A stretch of 64,000 nt of DNA, taken from positions 28,396,001 through 28,460,000 of the forward strand of contig OZ024750.1 of NCBI GenBank assembly GCA_964016885.1, given 5' to 3'. This document shows positions 12,887 to 28,699 of this stretch, piece after piece. The DNA comes from Eledone cirrhosa. Its lineage: Eukaryota. The notes under the pieces were generated by a model. That model did no database searches and was not told where the DNA came from. It worked only from the letters and a program-made list of their open reading frames with translations. Made by a program: the position numbers and the translations under genes. The number at the start of each line of letters is the position of its first letter. Position 1 is the first letter of the stretch.

Positions 12887-12909
12887 ATATAATTATCAAT
12901 CACATTCCA

Positions 12910-13461
12910 AGTGTATTTGTTTGTGTGTGTGTGCGTGTCAATGTGTATGTGTATATAAGTATGTGTGTTTATGTGTATGTGTGTTTATGTGTGAATGTGT
13001 GTGTACATACGTCCGTCTGTCTGTCTGCCTATATATGTGTGTGCCTGTCTGTATATATGTGTGTGTGTGTGTGCCTGTCTGTATATATATGTGTGTGTGT
13101 GTGTGTGTGTGCTCGCGTGTCATTGTGTAGATGTGTGTGTGTACATACGTCCGTCTGTCTGTCTGCCTATATATGTGTGTGCCTGTCTGTATATATGTGT
13201 GTGTGTGTGTGCCTGTCTGTATATATATATGTGTGTGTGTGTGCTCGCGTGTCATTGTGTAGATGTGTGTGTGTTTATGTGTGTGTGTGTGTGCTCGCGT
13301 GTCATTGTGTAGATGTGTGTGTGTGCTCGCGTGTCATTGTGTAGATGTGTGTGTGTGCTCGCGTGTCATTGTGTAGATGTGTGTGTGTTTATGTGTGTGA
13401 ATGAGTGTATATATATACGTCTGTGTATATACATCTGTCTGTGTGTGTGTGTGTGTGTGCC

Positions 13462-13470
<9 letters not shown>
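12910..13470. repeat. (TG)n-based compound repeat with recurring GCTCGCGTGTCATTGTGTAGAT units
   Basis: Direct reading. Confidence 0.9.
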
Positions 13471-13495
<25 letters not shown>

Positions 13496-13498
<3 letters not shown>

Positions 13499-13652
13499 CG
13501 TTTCTGAATTTGTTTAGCAAGATTCTTTATCTGAAATCGTGTGTTGAAACCGATATTGTTATACTCTGGGAGGGCCATGTTGCCAATAAGAAACACACGC
13601 ACCAGTGCTGGTGCGTGTGTTTCTTATTGGCAACATGGCCCTCCCAGAGTAT

Positions 13653-13660
<8 letters not shown>
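13496..13660. mobile_element. (TA)n-embedded fold-back element (family B)
   Basis: Perfect inverted repeat 13553-13660 (53-bp arms, TG spacer) plus an unpaired left tail; (TA)n on both sides. Confidence 0.75.
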
Positions 13661-13688
<28 letters not shown>

Positions 13689-13698
13689 AGATAGATAG

Positions 13699-13746
<48 letters not shown>

Positions 13747-13817
13747 GTGTGTGTGTGTGTTTATCTGTACATCTCTCTGTATATATGTATATATATATAT
13801 GTGTGTGTGTGTGTCAG

Positions 13818-13854
<37 letters not shown>

Positions 13855-13976
13855 AATATGATATATATACTCATTCCGACGTTTCTATTTTATATACAGC
13901 GTAGTCCCTAAATCTAACAAATAGGGGTTTAGAGCTAACAAATTTATTACAGATGCTTAATGAAACACACACACAC

Positions 13977-14012
<36 letters not shown>

Positions 14013-14103
14013 CCTTTCTTTCCTCCTCTCTGTCTATATATCGATATATACTTTTATAAACATGTCAACATTCACATAAGCCAACACAGGGATCTATATG
14101 TAT

Positions 14104-15021
14104 AGCTTGCTTGTGATAGTAACATGAAAGTAGTTGAGGATTTCACAGACACGTGTACCCTTAAGGTAGTTTTTTGAGTGTGACAAGGTTGGCCTTATGA
14201 ATAGCAAATAAAACTCATTTTTGACAGCTGAATCTATTGGAGCAACGTGAAATAAAGTGTCATGCTCAAGAATATAACGTAATACCGAATGAAATTACCA
14301 CCAAACGACCATGGATCTAACACTTTAACCACTGAGTCACACACATAAATTTCACCTACATGACTAATAAATAGATTTGATCTAAATTCTAATGAAGAGA
14401 ACCTGGTTTCTAGCTGGTAAACTTCATTTTTCTCTTCTAGTGAGAAATATCAAACATATAAATAACGTGAAAGGCTCCGATCATCAGGTAGGATAAGGGA
14501 AACAATTTATCTATTGGTCTTTTCATTCCTGATATCATACTCTTTCCATCTACTAGAAAAAACGTCATTGATCTCCTGCGACAAGAGGCGGGATTTAAAC
14601 TCAGAGTGCTCAATACCATGTCAGATATCATAAAACACCCAGTCCGACTCTTTAACCGTTCTATCAATCCATTGGTCATGGAACAGTTATTTTGTTAATC
14701 AACACCAAAATGTTGAAAGATAAAGTTGACCATGGCAGGATTTGAACACAGAATCTAGAAGATCGGATCAAATACGGAAACATTTGATCCGACTCTCTAA
14801 ATAATATCTCTACTGATTCCTTACAATAAAACTAAGTATTATATACATAAACGTGAATAAGAAAATGTATTAATCTAATGAGAAAAAAGAACTTATTGCA
14901 TAATAGCTATATAAATCTAGTGTTAGTATATTTTGATATGTTATTTTAAAGGAAGATATTTTAAAGTCAGATCAACGACATTTATAGAACCCAGCCCATG
15001 ATTAGCGATAGATATACATAC

Positions 15022-15032
<11 letters not shown>
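14104..15032 (+). repeat. About 930-bp segment duplicated in inverted orientation at 22344-23276 (partial copy 20764-21146)
   Basis: Reverse-complement match through SINE and unique sequence with only scattered substitutions. Confidence 0.93.
14441..14487 (+). CDS. Candidate 47-nt internal exon (xRNIKHINNVKGSDHQ), gene unknown
   Basis: TTTTTCTCTTCTAG acceptor, CAG|GTAGGA donor, open frame. The inverted copy differs by one synonymous AAT/AAC change. Confidence 0.3.
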
Positions 15033-15059
<27 letters not shown>

Positions 15060-15477
15060 ATACACACATTACACAAATACGCAGCTATACACACATCATG
15101 CGACATTGCCTTTTATATCGAATGAAAATTCAAGATAGTTCCTATATAAAATGAAAGTAAATTCGCAACTGCGTATTAGATATATATTTACAATTGACCT
15201 AACGACGAGTGGAATTCTGCTATCTATACACTACTAAATCTCTGCTTATAGCTTGCTTGCTTGCATGTCTATAATGGAATACAGCCCAATGAGCGGATAG
15301 TGGGAAAATACTTTGAGAGGAGGTTGACCCTGAAATGGGGATACAAATGGAATAAAACATGTTTCGCGTAAATCCAAGCACGGTTTTCCGGGATATGGGG
15401 TTTTACCGGGTACCTTCATAAACAGGGAGACAGGGAGAGAAGGATAGAGAGAGAGAAGGATAGAGAGAGAAAGAGAT

Positions 15478-15664
15478 AATTGTTTCTACGTTAGGCACAA
15501 GGCCAGCAATTACCCAGTGCATTACTGGTACTTTATTGTATCGACCCCGTAAGGATGAAAGACAAAGTGAACCTTGGCAGGATTTGAACTCAGAATGGCA
15601 AGGGCCGTAACACTATGCGTCAAAGCATGGCGTCCGACCCTCTACCAATACTGCCAATCCACCA
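15478..15664 (-). mobile_element. SINE family 1
   Basis: Reverse complement of the head, core and tail. Confidence 0.9.
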
Positions 15665-15849
15665 GAAAGAGATAATGGTTGTGAGAGAGTCGATTGAAAG
15701 AGAGGCATAGAGAGAGGGAGAGGAGACAGAGAAGGAGAATGGAAGAGAGCTGGTGTTGTTGTTGTGTATATGTATATGTATATGTGAGTGTGTGTGTTTA
15801 TATATATGTGTGTATATGCGTGTGTTTGTCTATGGTCAGTGCATATAGA

Positions 15850-17150
15850 TCACAGACACCCACACACATATATATATATATACACACACAAACACATACA
15901 TATATATATATATGTACACAACATACACACACACATTTATATATATACACACACACACATTTATATATATACAGACACACACACATTTATATATATATAC
16001 ATACACAACATTTATATATGTATACATACACACACATTTATATATATACACACACACACATTTATATATATATACATACACACATTTATATATATACAGA
16101 CACACACATTTATATATATACAGACACACACACATTTATATATATATACATACACAACATTTATATATGTATACATACACACACATTTATATATATACAC
16201 ACACACACATTTATATATATATACATACACACATTTATATATATACACACACACACATTTATATATACACACACACATTTATATATATATACATACACAC
16301 ACACATTTATATATATACACACACACATTTATATATATACACACACCACACATTTATATATACACACACACACATTTATATATATATACATACACACAGA
16401 CATTTACATATATACACACACACACATTTATATATACACACACACACACATATTTATATATATATACAAACACACACATTTATATATATATACACACACA
16501 CACATTTATATATATATACATACACACAGACATTTACATATATACACACACACACATATTTATATATATACACACATAGACATTTATATATATACACACA
16601 CACACATTTATATATATACACATACACACATTTATATATATACACATACACACATTTATATATATACACATACACACATTTATATATATATACATACACA
16701 CTCACATTTATATATATATATACATACACACACACATTTATATATATTCACACACACACATTTATATATATACACACACACACACATTTATATATGTATA
16801 TATACACACACACATTTATATATATTCACACACACACATTTATATATACACACACACACACATATTTATATATATATACACACACACACATCTATATATA
16901 TATACATACACACAGACATTTACATATATACACACACACACATATTTATATATATACACACATAGACATTTATATATATACACACACACACATTTATATA
17001 TATACACATACACACATTTATATATATACACATACACACATTTATATATATATACATACACACTCACATTTATATATATATATACACACACACATTTATA
17101 TATATTCACACACACACATTTATATATATACACACACACACACGTATATA
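15850..17150. repeat. Compound microsatellite array [(CA)n TT (TA)n]
   Basis: Direct reading; recurring CACACATTTATATATATA. Confidence 0.96.
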
Positions 17151-17186
17151 TATAGGCTTTCCAGTTTCATTTTACATTAAATACAT

Positions 17187-17370
17187 GCGGATTGGTAGTA
17201 TCGGTAGAGAGTCGGACGCCATGCTTTCCAGCATAGTTACGTCCCTTTACGGTGTGAGTTGAAATCAAGCCAAGGTTTACTTTGCGTTTCATCCTTACGG
17301 GTTCGATAAAATAAAGTACCAGTAATGCACTGGGTAATTGCTGGCCTTGTGCCTAAAGTAGAAACAATTA
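17187..17370 (+). mobile_element. SINE family 1
   Basis: Head, core and tail match. Confidence 0.88.
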
Positions 17371-17604
17371 TATACATGTCTGTATATTTTAATAATTCAA
17401 AAATTATTTTTAAGTAAACATGATTTGTTTTTAATATTTTGAAGTGACCGTGCCACAATGAATCACGGGTGGTTTAATATACAACTCATAATCTAGAAAC
17501 ATTGCTTCGTTTTATTTATGAGTATCTTGAATTTTCATTCCACATGAGAGACACGTGATATTGTGTATATAGTTAAAAGAATAGAGGTGTAACACACAAG
17601 TTAT

Positions 17605-17942
17605 TATATATTGGTAAACGGAATAGAAAATGCTGACAAAATGTTCACAGTTGAAAAATGGTTTAATTAGGAATAAAAGAGTATTAGTGATTGTATGGGT
17701 TAGTATTCAGTTGTGGTTTTAAGTTTTTAAGTTTTTACCGGTTGCGAGCAAACAACACGGACACTCTATCTCAAAATTATTTTTGAAAAGCATTTAGAAA
17801 TGCGCAACCGGTAAAAACTTAAAAACTTAAAACCACAACTGAATACTAACCCATACAATCACTAATACTCTTTTATTCCTAATTAAACCATTTTCAACTG
17901 TGAACAATTTGTCAGCATTTTCTATTCCGTTTACAATATATA
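17605..17942. mobile_element. Inverted-repeat element, about 140-bp arms with a 56-bp spacer, ending in (TA)n
   Basis: 17605-17746 is the reverse complement of 17803-17942. A variant hammerhead-like fold spans the spacer/right-arm junction. Confidence 0.75.
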
Positions 17943-18129
17943 TATATATATATAATAGCTCTGTATATAGCTGTGTAGGTATGTATTGTAACCTACACAT
18001 CAAGCTAAGTGTACGTATGTTGAATTTTATGTAGCTTTTTCTATCGATATGCCTTTAGATATATGTGTGTGCGTGTCGTTATGTATATGTGTATATTATA
18101 CTGTATGTTTTATGCCTTATTATGAATTC

Positions 18130-19782
<1,653 letters not shown>

Positions 19783-19785
<3 letters not shown>

Positions 19786-19937
19786 CTGGACGAATAGCCG
19801 TCCAGAAATAGCCGTCGAAACGGCTTGAGCTCTGCCGTCGGGGTCATACCTTTTCCTATTACCCACTCTAGTACCCTAAGTATTGAGTACTCTGGTGCGT
19901 TATGATCCATCTGATTCCTTACCACAATTCCCTCGTT
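19783..19937 (+). mobile_element. Family A element without the long fold-back; duplicate at 21365-21519
   Basis: TTTCTGGAC-loop-GTCCAGAAA hairpin, GAAACGGC..GCCGTC, GTATTGAGTAC; TA repeats on both sides. Confidence 0.75.
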
Positions 19938-19983
19938 ATATATATAAATGTGTGTGTGTGTGTATGCAATAAGTATATGTGTG

Positions 19984-20017
<34 letters not shown>

Positions 20018-20043
20018 ATGCAATAAGTATATGTATGCTATAT

Positions 20044-20097
<54 letters not shown>

Positions 20098-20159
20098 TGT
20101 ATATATGCAATATATATATAATATATGTAATATATGTAATATATATATATATATATACC

Positions 20160-20198
<39 letters not shown>

Positions 20199-20329
20199 CG
20201 ATATATGTGTGTGTGTGTATTTGTATGTAACATATAGGTGTGAGTGTGTGTGTATATATATATATATATAATATATATATTTATATACAATATATTAATA
20301 AATGGAAACTATATTTATAAAACCATATT

Positions 20330-20395
20330 TATTTTATTATATATATTTCAAGGGCAACCAAGGCAAATTATGGTGCGCTTTCATCAGATAAAATA
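20330..20395 (-). ncRNA. Type I hammerhead ribozyme within a TA-flanked element (family F, about 20290-20475)
   Basis: Minus strand: TATTTTAT-CTGATGA-[AAG.GCA CCA..TGG.TGC.CTT stem II]-GAAA-TATATA-TA-ATAAAATA. 8-bp stem I and a palindromic stem III. Confidence 0.75.
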
Positions 20396-20469
20396 CAGAT
20401 TTGTTTTATAAATAAATATTGACATACCCGGAAAAAAAGACAACCTTAAGGGTTTGAGCTTCCTGGATA

Positions 20470-20700
<231 letters not shown>

Positions 20701-21146
20701 TGGTGGTGGAGAAAGGAAGATGACTATAAAGATATAGTATAATATATATATATATATACACATTCATATATATACATGTATGTATATCTATCGCTAATCA
20801 TGGGCTGGGTTCTATAAATGTCGTTGATCTGACTTTAAAATAGCTTCCTTTAAAATAACTTATATCAAAATATACTACACTAGATTTATATAGCTATTAT
20901 GCAATAAGTTCTTTTTTCTCATTAGATTAATACATTTTCTTATTCACGTTTATGTATAAAATACTTAGTTTTGTTGTAAGGAATCAGTAGAGATATTATT
21001 TAGAGAGTCGGATCAAATGTTTCCGTATTTGATCCGATCTTCTAGATTCTGTGTTCAAATCCTGCCATGGTCAACTTTATCTTTCAACATTTTGGTGTTG
21101 ATTAACAAAATAACTGTTCCATGACCAATGGATTGATAGAACGGTT

Positions 21147-21346
21147 NNNNNNNNNNNNNNNNNNNNNNNNNNNNNNNNNNNNNNNNNNNNNNNNNNNNNN
21201 NNNNNNNNNNNNNNNNNNNNNNNNNNNNNNNNNNNNNNNNNNNNNNNNNNNNNNNNNNNNNNNNNNNNNNNNNNNNNNNNNNNNNNNNNNNNNNNNNNNN
21301 NNNNNNNNNNNNNNNNNNNNNNNNNNNNNNNNNNNNNNNNNNNNNN
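21147..21346. other. Assembly gap (200 N)
   Basis: Run of N. Confidence 1.
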
Positions 21347-21565
21347 TATATATATATATATATATTTCTGGACAAATAGCCGTCCAGAAATAGCCGTCGA
21401 AACGGCTTGAGCTCTGCCGTCGGGGTCATACCTTTTCCTATTACCCACTCTAGTACCCTAAGTATTGAGTACTCTGGTGCGTTATGATCCATCTGATTCC
21501 TTACCACAATTCCCTCGTTATATATATAAATGTGTGTGTGTGTGTATGCAATAAGTATATGTGTG

Positions 21566-21599
<34 letters not shown>

Positions 21600-21619
21600 A
21601 TGCAATAAGTATATGTATG

Positions 21620-21676
<57 letters not shown>

Positions 21677-21738
21677 TGTATATATGCAATATATATATAA
21701 TATATGTAATATATGTAATATATATATATATATATACC

Positions 21739-21779
<41 letters not shown>

Positions 21780-21912
21780 CGATATATGTGTGTGTGTGTA
21801 TTTGGTATGTAACATATAGGTGTGAGTGTGTGTGTATATTATATATATATATAATATATATATTTATATACAATATATTAATAAATGGAAACTATATTTA
21901 TAAAACCATATT

Positions 21913-21978
21913 TATTTTATTATATATATTTCAAGGGCAACCAAGGCAAATTATGGTGCGCTTTCATCAGATAAAATA
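21913..21978 (-). ncRNA. Duplicate of the hammerhead at 20330-20395
   Basis: Identical sequence across the gap-flanking duplication. Confidence 0.7.
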
Positions 21979-22052
21979 CAGATTTGTTTTATAAATAAAT
22001 ATTGACATACCCGGAAAAAAAGACAACCTTAAGGGTTTGAGCTTCCTGGATA

Positions 22053-22278
<226 letters not shown>

Positions 22279-22343
22279 TGGTGGTGGAGAAAGGAAGATG
22301 ACTATAAAGATATAGTATATATATATATATATATACACATTCA

Positions 22344-23276
22344 TATATATACATGTATGTATATCTATCGCTAATCATGGGCTGGGTTTCTATAAATGTC
22401 GTTGATCTGACTTTAAAATAGCTTCCTTTAAAATAACTTATATCAAAATATACTAACACTAGATTTATATAGCTATTATGCAATAAGTTCTTTTTTCTCA
22501 TTAGATTAATACATTTTCTTATTCACGTTTATGTATATAATACTTAGTTTTGTTGTAAGGAATCAGTAGAGATATTATTTAGAGAGTCGGATCAAATGTT
22601 TCCGTATTTGATCCGATCTTCTAGATTCTGTGTTCAAATCCTGCCATGGTCAACTTTATCTTTCAACATTTTGGTGTTGATTAACAAAATAACTGTTCCA
22701 TGACCAATGGATTGATAGAACGGTTAAAGAGTCGGACTGGGTGTTTTATGATATCTGACATGGTATTGAGCACTCTGAGTTTAAATCCCGCCTCTTGTCG
22801 CAGGAGATCAATGACGTTTTTTCTAGTAGATGGAAAGAGTATGATATCAGGAATGAAAAGACCAATAGATAAATTGTTTTCCCTAATCCTACCTGATGAT
22901 CGGAGCCTTTCACGTTGTTTATATGTTTGATATTTCTCACTAGAAGAGAAAAATGAAGTTTACCAGCTAGAAACCAGGTTCTCTTCATTAGATTTTAGAT
23001 CAAATCTATTTATTAGTCATGTAGGTGAAATTTATGTGTGTGACTCAGTGGTTAAGTGTTAGATCCATGGTCGTTTGGTGGTAATTTCCATTCGGTATTA
23101 CGTTATATTCTTGAGCATGACACTTTATTTCACGTTGCTCCAATAGATTCAGCTGTCAAAAATGAGTTTTATTTGCTATTCATAAGGCCAACCTTGTTAC
23201 ACTCAGAAAACTACCTTAAGGGTACACGTGTCTCTGAAATCCTCAATTACTTTCATGTTACTATCACAAGCAAGCT
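22344..23276 (-). repeat. Inverted copy of 14104-15032 (candidate exon at 22893-22939, minus)
   Basis: Reverse-complement match. Confidence 0.93.
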
Positions 23277-23466
23277 GTACTGTTGTCTGAACAACTGTGA
23301 TGCTAGTCGTCGGAATCTAAATAGACTCGGAGTAGCATATATGAGTTTATCTTTACATATATAGATTTCTGTGTTGGCTTATGCGTATGTTGGTATGTTT
23401 ATAAGAGTATATATCAGTACCTGTATGTATATATATATATGTGTGTGTGTGTGTTTATATATGAGC

Positions 23467-23820
<354 letters not shown>

Positions 23821-23822
23821 TA

Positions 23823-23853
<31 letters not shown>

Positions 23854-23989
23854 GGATTTAATGCTCTGAAATAGCGATATATATGTGAAGACAAACATAG
23901 AATATTCGAAAATATTCTGTATGTTTATAATAAACATTTTGAAGACCCAATCGCTATAGAATATAATACGTCACGTATTACAATTTGAG

Positions 23990-24078
23990 ATTCTCGATAA
24001 AAGCAAGGGAAGTAACCTACGCGTTTCATTCTTATTAGAAATCATCAGGATTACATATCCAATGCTTTTATCGAGAAT
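23990..24078 (-). ncRNA. Type I hammerhead ribozyme (mirror copy)
   Basis: Exact reverse complement of 24116-24204. Confidence 0.8.
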
Positions 24079-24115
24079 GACACAGCTAGAGACTTATAGA
24101 ATACTTAGCTGTGTC

Positions 24116-24204
24116 ATTCTCGATAAAAGCATTGGATATGTAATCCTGATGATTTCTAATAAGAATGAAACGCGTAGGTTACTTCCCTTGCTTTTATCGA
24201 GAAT
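24116..24204 (+). ncRNA. Type I hammerhead ribozyme, Penelope-type with palindromic stem III
   Basis: GTAATC-CTGATGA(24146-24152)-tTTC TAATAA GAAt-GAAA(24167-24170)-CGCG-TA-GGTTAC. Stem I extends through a 16-bp helix ATTCTCGATAAAAGCA/TGCTTTTATCGAGAAT. Confidence 0.82.
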
Positions 24205-24535
24205 CTCAAATTGTAATACGTGACGTATTCTATTCTATAGCGATTAGGTCTTCAAAATGTTTATTATAAACATACAGAATATTTTCGAATATTCTATGTT
24301 TGTCTTCACATATATATATATATATACGAACACTGAATTAACCCCTTTACTTTCCTCAGACAAAGAGATATTATCTCGATATATCAGGATATATGAATGA
24401 ATTAAGTTAAAAGACTAATTGACGGCGCTCTCTTTTACATTTATATTCTATTTCAAAACCTCCATTGTTCTGACCTTCTAGCTTCAAACGTTTATACCTC
24501 ACTACACAATGCTTCAAGTAAAATACCAATTCCTT

Positions 24536-24576
<41 letters not shown>

Positions 24577-24655
24577 ACACATTTAAATGTGTTTGTCTGT
24601 AAGTGCACGCGAAAAGTCAAGAAGGAATAGCTTGGTGGTACTACAAGACAATAAT

Positions 24656-24841
24656 TGTTTCTACTTTTGGCACAAGGCCAGCAATTACCCAGTGCATTAC
24701 TGGTAATTTATTTTATCTACCCCGTAAGGATGAAAGGCAAAGTCAACCTCGGCGGGATTTGAACTCAGATCGTAAAGGGACGTAACTATGCTGGAAAGCA
24801 TGGCGTCCGACCCTCTACCGATACTGCCAATCCACCGCCCC
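24656..24841 (-). mobile_element. Full-length SINE family 1 with a perfect 19-bp TSD
   Basis: GGTACTACAAGACAATAAT at 24637-24655 and 24842-24860. Confidence 0.95.
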
Positions 24842-25177
24842 GGTACTACAAGACAATAATGATATATATTAGTTTACCGCTTTATATAGTAAGAAAATGT
24901 TTTCAACGTTTCTCACGGCAGTCCTTCATCGGAAGACAATAAGTGATAGAAGAGATAGATGAGATAGACGAATGTAAGAAAAGAAAGAGAAGAAAGGAAG
25001 CAATCACATTTTTTCGTCATGTGGAAATTACGTAAGATATTATACATAAGACGTCCCACAATTTCTATATACAGGTTTTAAATCATCCGACCTCGAATTT
25101 AAAGAATGTATATTGTGCAATCTATTGTAATGTAAGTTATCTGTCTATTTACGCGTTTATATATATAGATACACACA

Positions 25178-25221
<44 letters not shown>

Positions 25222-25226
25222 TGTGT

Positions 25227-25290
<64 letters not shown>

Positions 25291-25419
25291 ACAATTAGTT
25301 TATATTACATCTATTCCAGGAACGATGTACATACTTTAATTTCATAGACGAATGACTGAAATCTGTTTATATAAACGTCCTCCATTCTCTCTTCTTCGCC
25401 CACTTATTCCTGAGAATAA

Positions 25420-25700
25420 GGGTTGGACGCCATGCTTTGTAGCATAGAGTTACGGCCCTTTATGATCTGAGTTAAAAACCCGCCGAGGTTAACTTTGCCT
25501 TTCATCCTTACAGGGTCGATAAAATAAAGTACCAGTAATGCACCAGTAATGCACTGGGTAATTGCTGGCCTAAAGTAGAAACAATTATTACTTCAGGCAA
25601 TATTATAAGAAAAAAATAAAGTACCAGTCACGTACTGGGGTCGATTTAATCGACTTCTCCCTCCCCCAAAATTGTTTGCCTTGTGTTTATATAAGAAACC
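25420..25700 (+). mobile_element. SINE family 1 plus a second 3' fragment
   Basis: Core and both tail variants. Confidence 0.85.
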
Positions 25701-25859
25701 TTTATTTATTTATTAATAACAAGAAATAATTTTATATTTAATTTAAATTATACTAATTTGTAAAAAAAAAAAAAAATTGATGAAACCAGTGCACCTTCAA
25801 GTTTCAATCGGGTCCCTCTTTATGGATTTCGCCCTCGAAGGCTACCATGTCGGTGTAAT

Positions 25860-26886
25860 TATTAGCATCAGCCCTAAATAAAACTGTGATCCTTTAATGT
25901 TCAGTATTACACCTCCTCTCTATAAAGTTTACACTCTCGTTAGCCTCCTGGTAACATCAGTCCTAAATAAAACCTAGTAGCATCAGCCCTAGATAAAACT
26001 ATGAACTTTTAAGATTCCGTAATGTACCTCTCTTCTCTGAGGCCTACGCCCAAGTTAACCTCCCGGTAGCACCAGCCCTAGATAAAACTGTGATCCTTTA
26101 AGGTTCAACAAAACACCTCCCCCCGATGAGGCATACACCCTCTAAACCTCATTGTAGCACCACACCTAGATAAAACTGATCCTTTAACATTCAACAATAC
26201 ACCTCTCCTCGATGAGGCTTACATCCTGTAAGTCTCATGGTAACACCAGCTGTGGTCCCTTCCTGTGATCCTTTACGGTTCAACAATACACCTCCCCCCA
26301 ATGAGGCCTACACCCTCTAAGTCTCATGGTAACACCAGCTGTGGTCCCTTCCTGTGATCCTTTACGGTTCAACAATACACCTCCCCCCAATGAGGCCTAC
26401 ACCCTCTAAGCCTCATGGTAACACCAGCTCTGGTCCCTTCCTGTGATCCTTTGCGGTTCAACAATGCACCTCCCCCCGATGAGGCCTACACTCTCTAAGC
26501 CTCATGGTAGCACCAGCTCTGGTCCCTTCCTGTGATTCTTTAAGGTTCAGCAATACACCTCTCCCCGATGAAGCCTAAACCCTCTAAGCTTCATGGTAGC
26601 ACCAGCTCTGGTCCCTTCTTGTGATCCTTTAAGGTTCAGCAATACACCTCCTCCCGATGAGGCCTACCCCCTCTAAGCCTCATGGTAGCACCAGCTCTGG
26701 TCCCTTCCTGTGATTCTTTAAGGTTCAGCAATACACCTCTCCCCGATGAAGCCTAAACCCTCTAAGCTTCATGGTAGCACCAGCTCTGGTCCCTTCTTGT
26801 GATCCTTTAAGGTTCAGCAATACACCTCCCCCCGATGAGGCCTACCCCCTCTAAGCCTCATGGTAGCACCAGCTCTGGTCCCTTCC
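25860..26886. repeat. 89-bp tandem array, about 11 copies
   Basis: CACCAGC recurs at 26244, 26333, 26422, 26511, 26600, 26689, 26778 and 26867; more diverged units lie to the left. Confidence 0.95.
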
Positions 26887-26964
26887 AATAATTTCTCTTG
26901 CTTACCACTTCTAAGTTTTTCTCTTGTTTTTATTGTTGATATTATTTATAAAGCATTCAAATTA

Positions 26965-27353
26965 CGGTGGATGGACAGAATCGGTAGAGCTTCAGACACC
27001 GTGTTTCGTGGCATAGAGTTACAACCCTTTTCGTTCTGATTACAAATCCCGTCAAGGTTAGCTTCACCTTTCATCATTACGGGGTCGATACAATAGAGTA
27101 CCAGCAATGTACTGGAGTCGAGTTAATTGATTTTCCTCTCCCTCAAAATTGTTGGCCTTGTGCCTAGTGGATTGGCAGTATCGGTAGAGGATCGGACGCC
27201 TTGCTTTGACGCATAGAATTACGGCCCTTGCCATTCTGAGTTCAAATCCCGCCGAGGTTAACTTTGCCTTTCATCCTTACGGGGTCGATAAAATAAAGTA
27301 CCAGTAATGCACTGGGATAATTGCTGACCTTGTGCCAAAAGTAGAAACAATTA
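26965..27353 (+). mobile_element. Two tandem SINE family 1 copies (a diverged one, then a near-consensus one)
   Basis: Two heads and two cores. Confidence 0.88.
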
Positions 27354-27374
27354 TTTCTGAAGCGTTCATCTGCT

Positions 27375-28530
<1,156 letters not shown>

Positions 28531-28699
28531 GAAAGTGCGTGTGTATGTGTGCACAGATGTGTTGTGACCGAGCCTGTAACTATATTGTACCTCGTTATCC
28601 CACGTACCATAGCCCTTCGACAAACAGAGATCGATAAAATAAGTAACAGACGAAGGTAAATACTAAATCTATATGATGGACTAGACCTTTGAAGTCAGG

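Larger units (their letters stand above)
23877..24317. mobile_element. Large fold-back element, about 212-bp arms with a 17-nt spacer and one hammerhead per arm
   Basis: 23877-24088 is the reverse complement of 24106-24317 with 2 mismatches; ATAT/TATA ends. Confidence 0.85.

Noticed and set aside
14437-14679. 80-aa ORF duplicated at 22700-22930
   Set aside because: It overlaps a decayed SINE, the copies differ by a frameshift, and no domain is recognisable.
22893-22915. CTGATGA as a hammerhead core
   Set aside because: No downstream GAAA or stems; it is the antisense of the candidate exon end.
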